A stretch of DNA of 60,264 nucleotides, the filler included. It is 3 parts of 3 records of this genome, joined end to end, with 100 filler letters (N's around TTAATTAATTAA, not from the genome) between each part and the next. Parts side by side here need not be neighbours in the genome. Positions count along the whole stretch, not along the records: positions 53,014 to 60,264 come from DRR723986_11252; 2 more parts are not named here. The stretch is one strand, 5' to 3'. Position 1 is the stretch's first letter; each line of letters starts with the position of its first letter. The translations under genes and the position numbers were made by a program. Positions 55,577 to 60,264 of the stretch are shown here, in pieces. Under the pieces are notes generated by a model. The model worked only from the letters and a program-made list of their open reading frames with translations. It was not told where the DNA came from and ran no database searches.

Positions 55577-58500
55577 ATGCAAAAGTTTAAGGCTTCTACG
55601 GGCAGCTCACGCCTGTTAAAACTCTACAAAAAATCGGCGCGGCGGCTGCAGCGCCTTCAAAATGCGACCTCACCAACGATGGATGTGCGTCGCAAGATTA
55701 AACTGCTTTCCAAACGCCTTGAACTCTTAAGTGGACGCCTCAATCCACTTAACAGTCAACGCGTAAGACGTACACTTAACAAAATTGCCGGCGGGCTGAC
55801 GGCTGGAGCCGCTGCCGGAATCGCTGCAGCCATGCTTGGCGCGCCCGCTGCGCATGCCACGTCACTGACTGTCACGACACTCTCACCTACGCGCAATGCC
55901 CAGCAGGTAAGTTCGGATGCCAATGTGGCTGTGACGTTCAGCAAACAGATGAACACCACCAAACTCAAGACAGACCCAGATCCGGCAAACGCAAATCTGA
56001 TCGTTTACGGCTCGCTGAGTGGGAATATCAGTACCAATGCTGTTAACAGCTATTTTGACGGCGATACCAAGGTAGTTGTTAATCCAGTGCGCGCACTGCT
56101 GCCGGGCGAAGAATTCACCGTCATCGTCAAGGATGTTGAAGCCGACGACACCGAAACCCTGCAACGCGCCGGCATCCACTCCTTCCGCGCCGGATCATTT
56201 CCTGGCCCAGCCACATTCATGAAAAACTTCCCAGGTGAGTCCGGCTCATTTGACTTTGAACTTGGTGACATGGATCGCGATGGTGATGTCGATATTGTCT
56301 ATACCAGCTCAGGCGGTGGCTTTAACATTTTGCTGAATGATGGTGCAGGCAATGAGGAAGGCTCAGAGTCTGAGGGCGAAGATGTAGACGGGTTTGTCGT
56401 TGCCGACTTCAATGGTGATGGTTTTCTCGATGTCCTCGGCCACGACCGCCAATCCCCAGATCACTTTGCCAAAATTTTCCTGAACAACGGCGATGTAGAG
56501 TTTGCCACATCTTCCATGCTCATTCCGAAGGTATGGGGCACCAAGATGAAAGTTGGCGATATGGACAATGATGGCGACCTTGACGTTATCTTTGCCCAGT
56601 ACAGCGCGAACTTAAATGCCCTGATGTTAATGAACAATGGCGATGGGACCTTTACCACCAGTCCAATCATCGATCCCCCGCGCGGATATTCCTCTGCGAT
56701 TGGCGACATCGACAATGATGGTGACCTCGACTTCATCCTGCCGGCTGCGTCAGGATCAAGCACGGCCACTAAAATCTATAAGAACAATGGTGACGCCACC
56801 TTCGTTGCCAGCACTTTCGGTGATTCTGGTCCACGCGACATCGAACTTGCCGACCTGGATGGTGACGGCGACCTGGATGCCTTTCTGGCCGGTACCTTTT
56901 CAACCAGCGCCGTCTGGAAAAACAATGGCGACGGAACGTTTACCAGCAGTGACGTCGGTGGATATATCGCTGCCGAACGGGCGCAAATTGCAGATATTGA
57001 CGGCGATGGTGACCTTGATCTGATTGTTGCAACCGCTCCAAACTTCATAGACACAGAAACACCGATTGAGCTGTTCCTGAATAACGGCGACGGAACCTTT
57101 GTGGCCAAGCCGTTTGGCGCTATGGAATTTGGCTGTTCAGGCCGCATGGACCTTGCCATTGCCGACATGGATGGCGACGGCGACCTGGACGTAGTCACTA
57201 ACGAGACGGTCGGTTTCTGCTGTAACTTTAGGCTGCCAATTTACCACCAGCAAATTGTTGCACCGGATCCACTGGAGTTGGATGACCTCTCCGGCGAATG
57301 CGTCTTCACATCTTCCGACGCGGTGCCTCTCAATCTGAGTGGTGCGGCACTTAACACTGTCACGAGTGCGGTACTAACGCTGCCGGGCTCGCAGCAGCTC
57401 AGTCTTGTGGTGACGTCTTCGACGGCATCGGCGCTGGCGACTGAAATTCCGGCGGGCAGCGCTACGACTGCGGGACTTTACACTGTCAGCCTTTTTGGGC
57501 CGGGTGGCAGCACGAGTTCGACATTCACGCTCAAAACCGGATTAACATTAAGCGGCCCTGAATGCGGCTGCCCGGAAGTTGAGTTAGCATACAGCGTTAC
57601 TCCCGGCAAAGCCGGCGGAGAATCCAACAACTGGATTGTTGAAGGCGGAGAAATTGTAAGCGGCCTCGGCAGCGATGAAATTGTGATTGAATGGGATCAA
57701 AGCAGTGTGGCGACTCTGACACTTGAGCGAGTCTCTTCACTCGGTGACACGACGCGCAAATCGCTGGATATTGACGCCAAAACTTTGATAGTACGCCCTG
57801 AATACCGCGTTTTAATGCAAAACGAAGGCGTAAATGTTAACCCACTCGCCAATGATGAAGGTGACTCGCTTAGCATCAAAACCGTCTTCTCACCCTCCAA
57901 TGGCAGCGCATCAAAGTCCGGTGGTGACATCGAGTACGACCCGGCAAGTAATTTCAACGGAATTGATGTAGTAGAATACGTGGTTGAAGACAGCAGCGGC
58001 TGTCAAGCCTCCGGTCAATTGGTTTTGGTCGTTGGTGAAGCCTGCCTGCCTGGCAATCTCAACTATATAGAGAGCAAAAAGAACTCCGCAGGAATGCGTG
58101 GACTGCGCAAAACTGGCGACGTGATTGTAAGCCCCAACGGCAAACATGTTTACGCCGCCGGACGCAACGATCACTCGGTAGTTTTGTTTAATCGCAATAC
58201 CGAAGACGGCACACTATCGTACGTCGGTCGCTGGCGGCATGGCAGCGGCGGAGTCAGCGGACTCAAATACGTTTCACACCTGGCATTCAGTGCCGACGGC
58301 GCACATTTGTATGCAACAGGATTTGGTAATAATGCAGTTGTCGTGTTTTCACGCAACAGCAGCGACGGCAACCTGACCTTTGTAGAACGCCAAAATATGC
58401 AGGGCTCCGCACGACCGAAAGGTATTGCCGTTTCTGCAGACGGAAATCATGTTTACGTGGCCGCCAGTAAAACCAGCGCAATTGAAGTTTACTCGCGTAA

Positions 58501-59836
58501 CTCCGGTACTGGCGAATTAACGTATGTAGAACGTCAAAAAGATGGTCAGTCAGGTGTTGACGGCATTCGCAGCGCTGCAGATGTTTCGGTCAGTCCCGAC
58601 GGCAAACATGTCTATGCAGCCGGCCCTGGTGACAATGCAGTTGCAGTGTTTGCGCGTAATTCCGGTACGGGTGCTTTAACATACGTAGAGCGCCTTAAGG
58701 ATGGCTCCGCTGGGGTTGACGGTTTGAGTGGTGCGATTGCCGTCAGTGTCGCCAGTAATGGCAAACACGTCTATGTAGCGGGAAGTAAGGACGACGCAGT
58801 TGCCGTGTTTGCGCGCAACGATAGCAGCGGTAGTTTAACATATCAAACCCGCTTAAGTGACAGGGATTCAGGAATTGCCGGTTTGGACGGCGCAGCTGAT
58901 GTTGCGCTGGGGCCGGACGGTCTGCAGGTATTTGTTCCTGGAACATCCGACAATGCCATGGGCCACTTCACGCGCAAACCACAGAGCGGCAATCTCAGTT
59001 TTGTGGAACGCAAAAAAGATGCCAGGGACGGCGTTGATGGTCTGCGCGGTGCCAAGGGTGTTAACACCAGCCCCGACAGCAGATATGTTTACGTGGCCGG
59101 TGCCGGAGACAATGCGGTCGCAGTATTCTATCGCAATCTTAGTCCTGTAGCACAGGATGACATGGAACACCTGGGTGATTTTGAACAACCCGAACTCGGC
59201 GAAGGCTATTATGGTGCAGACACTTTAAACATTGACGTCCTTGCCAACGACGTAGAAATCGACGGTGACCACCTCAAAATTACAAGCATAACACAGCCGG
59301 ATATAGCAAGTGTGAGTATCAACAGCGACTCCACGTCAATTTACTATATCACTGGTTTTGACGAAATCCCCGATACAACCGGCGGCCCCGAAGACGACTA
59401 CGATACGTTCACCTACACAGTTAACGATGGCGAGGGTGGCTCTTCAACGGCGACGGTACGTGTGGCGCACTTCACAGACTTTGAAAAACAAACTACACCG
59501 GACGCTTTCCCACTTGGGCAAAACCCCAACGCAATGGCAGCTCAATCAATTCTGGCAGACTTAACAATTGCGCCTAACCCTTCGGCAGGCTCCAGCCAGT
59601 TAAGTTTCCAGCTGTTGCAGGCGGCACAGATAGACGTAGTAGTTCGCGATATTACTGGACGTCAGGTGGCCAATTTGCTTCACGAGCAGTTTAAGCCAGG
59701 CGAGTATTTGATTGACTGGAATGGGACTTCGCAGGACGGTAGTCATCTGCCACATGGCACATACTATGTTGTGATCCGCGCGCAAGACGGCCAAAGTCAG
59801 GACCAACAGGTCATTCCATTTGTACGCATGAAATAA
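55577..59836 (+). CDS. Large T9SS-secreted protein: Ig-like domain, FG-GAP repeats, Ig-like domains, lactonase-type beta-propeller, CTD
   Basis: Seven DxDxDGDxD repeats, about seven VSPDGKHVY blades, DVLAND/DTFTYTV Ig-like motif, IAPNPS...WNG...GTYYV C-terminal domain. Confidence 0.88.
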   Translation: MQKFKASTGSSRLLKLYKKSARRLQRLQNATSPTMDVRRKIKLLSKRLELLSGRLNPLNSQRVRRTLNKIAGGLTAGAAAGIAAAMLGAPAAHATSLTVTTLSPTRNAQQVSSDANVAVTFSKQMNTTKLKTDPDPANANLIVYGSLSGNISTNAVNSYFDGDTKVVVNPVRALLPGEEFTVIVKDVEADDTETLQRAGIHSFRAGSFPGPATFMKNFPGESGSFDFELGDMDRDGDVDIVYTSSGGGFNILLNDGAGNEEGSESEGEDVDGFVVADFNGDGFLDVLGHDRQSPDHFAKIFLNNGDVEFATSSMLIPKVWGTKMKVGDMDNDGDLDVIFAQYSANLNALMLMNNGDGTFTTSPIIDPPRGYSSAIGDIDNDGDLDFILPAASGSSTATKIYKNNGDATFVASTFGDSGPRDIELADLDGDGDLDAFLAGTFSTSAVWKNNGDGTFTSSDVGGYIAAERAQIADIDGDGDLDLIVATAPNFIDTETPIELFLNNGDGTFVAKPFGAMEFGCSGRMDLAIADMDGDGDLDVVTNETVGFCCNFRLPIYHQQIVAPDPLELDDLSGECVFTSSDAVPLNLSGAALNTVTSAVLTLPGSQQLSLVVTSSTASALATEIPAGSATTAGLYTVSLFGPGGSTSSTFTLKTGLTLSGPECGCPEVELAYSVTPGKAGGESNNWIVEGGEIVSGLGSDEIVIEWDQSSVATLTLERVSSLGDTTRKSLDIDAKTLIVRPEYRVLMQNEGVNVNPLANDEGDSLSIKTVFSPSNGSASKSGGDIEYDPASNFNGIDVVEYVVEDSSGCQASGQLVLVVGEACLPGNLNYIESKKNSAGMRGLRKTGDVIVSPNGKHVYAAGRNDHSVVLFNRNTEDGTLSYVGRWRHGSGGVSGLKYVSHLAFSADGAHLYATGFGNNAVVVFSRNSSDGNLTFVERQNMQGSARPKGIAVSADGNHVYVAASKTSAIEVYSRNSGTGELTYVERQKDGQSGVDGIRSAADVSVSPDGKHVYAAGPGDNAVAVFARNSGTGALTYVERLKDGSAGVDGLSGAIAVSVASNGKHVYVAGSKDDAVAVFARNDSSGSLTYQTRLSDRDSGIAGLDGAADVALGPDGLQVFVPGTSDNAMGHFTRKPQSGNLSFVERKKDARDGVDGLRGAKGVNTSPDSRYVYVAGAGDNAVAVFYRNLSPVAQDDMEHLGDFEQPELGEGYYGADTLNIDVLANDVEIDGDHLKITSITQPDIASVSINSDSTSIYYITGFDEIPDTTGGPEDDYDTFTYTVNDGEGGSSTATVRVAHFTDFEKQTTPDAFPLGQNPNAMAAQSILADLTIAPNPSAGSSQLSFQLLQAAQIDVVVRDITGRQVANLLHEQFKPGEYLIDWNGTSQDGSHLPHGTYYVVIRAQDGQSQDQQVIPFVRMK

Positions 59837-59849
59837 TGCTTGTTGACTG

Positions 59850-59908
59850 ATCGACATAGTGACGGCGTAACAGCTGTGTGCGCAATTGTTACGCCGTCCG
59901 TCGATTTT
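59850..59908 (+). terminator. Hairpin after the large gene, possible terminator
   Basis: GACGGCGTAACA/TGTTACGCCGTC 12-bp stem, extended by ATCGAC/GTCGAT; short T tail only. Confidence 0.45.
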
Positions 59909-60179
59909 CATGCAGCTATCAAGCTCGATTCGGTTCGGTCGGCACACTGCGCTGAATCGATGGCTCATCCGCAGCACGGCGTGTTAAACAGCACATTGAT
60001 TGTTCGACCGACGTGCGAACCAGGCCCGGAATCTACCACATTCCGGGTTTTTGTTTTTAAACATTCCAGTAGTTGTCCCAGGGTTTTCAACACATTAGAC
60101 GTTTAGTCATCGGCGGGCTCGCTGGGCTTCTCCTGCTCGGCCCTGTTTGAGCGCTGCGCTCACTGCACTGCGTTTGTTA

Positions 60180-60264
60180 GCTGGCTTTTTTCTTTTTGTT
60201 CGTTGTTGGGTTTGAAGCTGAAAGCCCCGTAGACTTGCGGCTCACAGCACTTAGGGCTGTGAGC
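60180..60264. repeat. Copy of a long hairpin dispersed repeat at the contig end
   Basis: CTTTTTGTTCGTTGTTGGGTTTGAAGCTGAAAGCCCCGTAGACTTGCGGCT; core shared with 53019-53043. Confidence 0.7.

Noticed and set aside
53014-60264. Integron attC sites at the contig ends
   Set aside because: No convincing paired RYYYAAC/GTTRRRY boxes and no integrase.

Overview
The window joins three unrelated contigs with two artificial 100-nt spacers (N-runs around TTAATTAATTAA, 21052-21151 and 52914-53013). Contig A (1-21051) has moderate GC, Shine-Dalgarno-like RBSs and T9SS cargo proteins, so it is probably an FCB-group bacterium outside the Bacteroidia. It carries housekeeping genes (pckA, lplA, two PLP enzymes, a rhomboid, a LysE transporter, a YbbR-like protein), two T9SS-secreted proteins, an orphan IS630-type HTH gene, and an uncharacterised 514-aa helical protein divergent from a 68-aa secreted peptide gene with duplicated promoter boxes. 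Contig B (21152-52913) is AT-rich and Bacteroidota-like (Cyclobacteriaceae-like by inference). It holds a large surface-polysaccharide locus with many GT2/GT4 genes, GT10 and GT11 fucosyltransferases, Wzt, a sugar aminotransferase and an acetyltransferase. The locus is riddled with 7-bp tandem repeats and REP-like palindromes and carries passenger genes (AAA ATPase, four-helix-bundle protein). After it comes a non-glycan SusC/SusD module: XRE regulator, long leader hairpin, TlpA-like CxxC protein, SusC, two micro-ORFs, SusD and a convergent two-Cys secreted peptide. Contig C (53014-60264) resembles contig A and has a TPR-LuxR regulator upstream of a large FG-GAP/beta-propeller T9SS protein, bounded by copies of a long hairpin repeat. 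The best candidates for undescribed biology are the XRE/TlpA/SusCD/peptide module, the heptamer-repeat/four-helix-bundle association, and the helical regulator plus peptide pair. All family calls come from motif recognition only; no searches were run.
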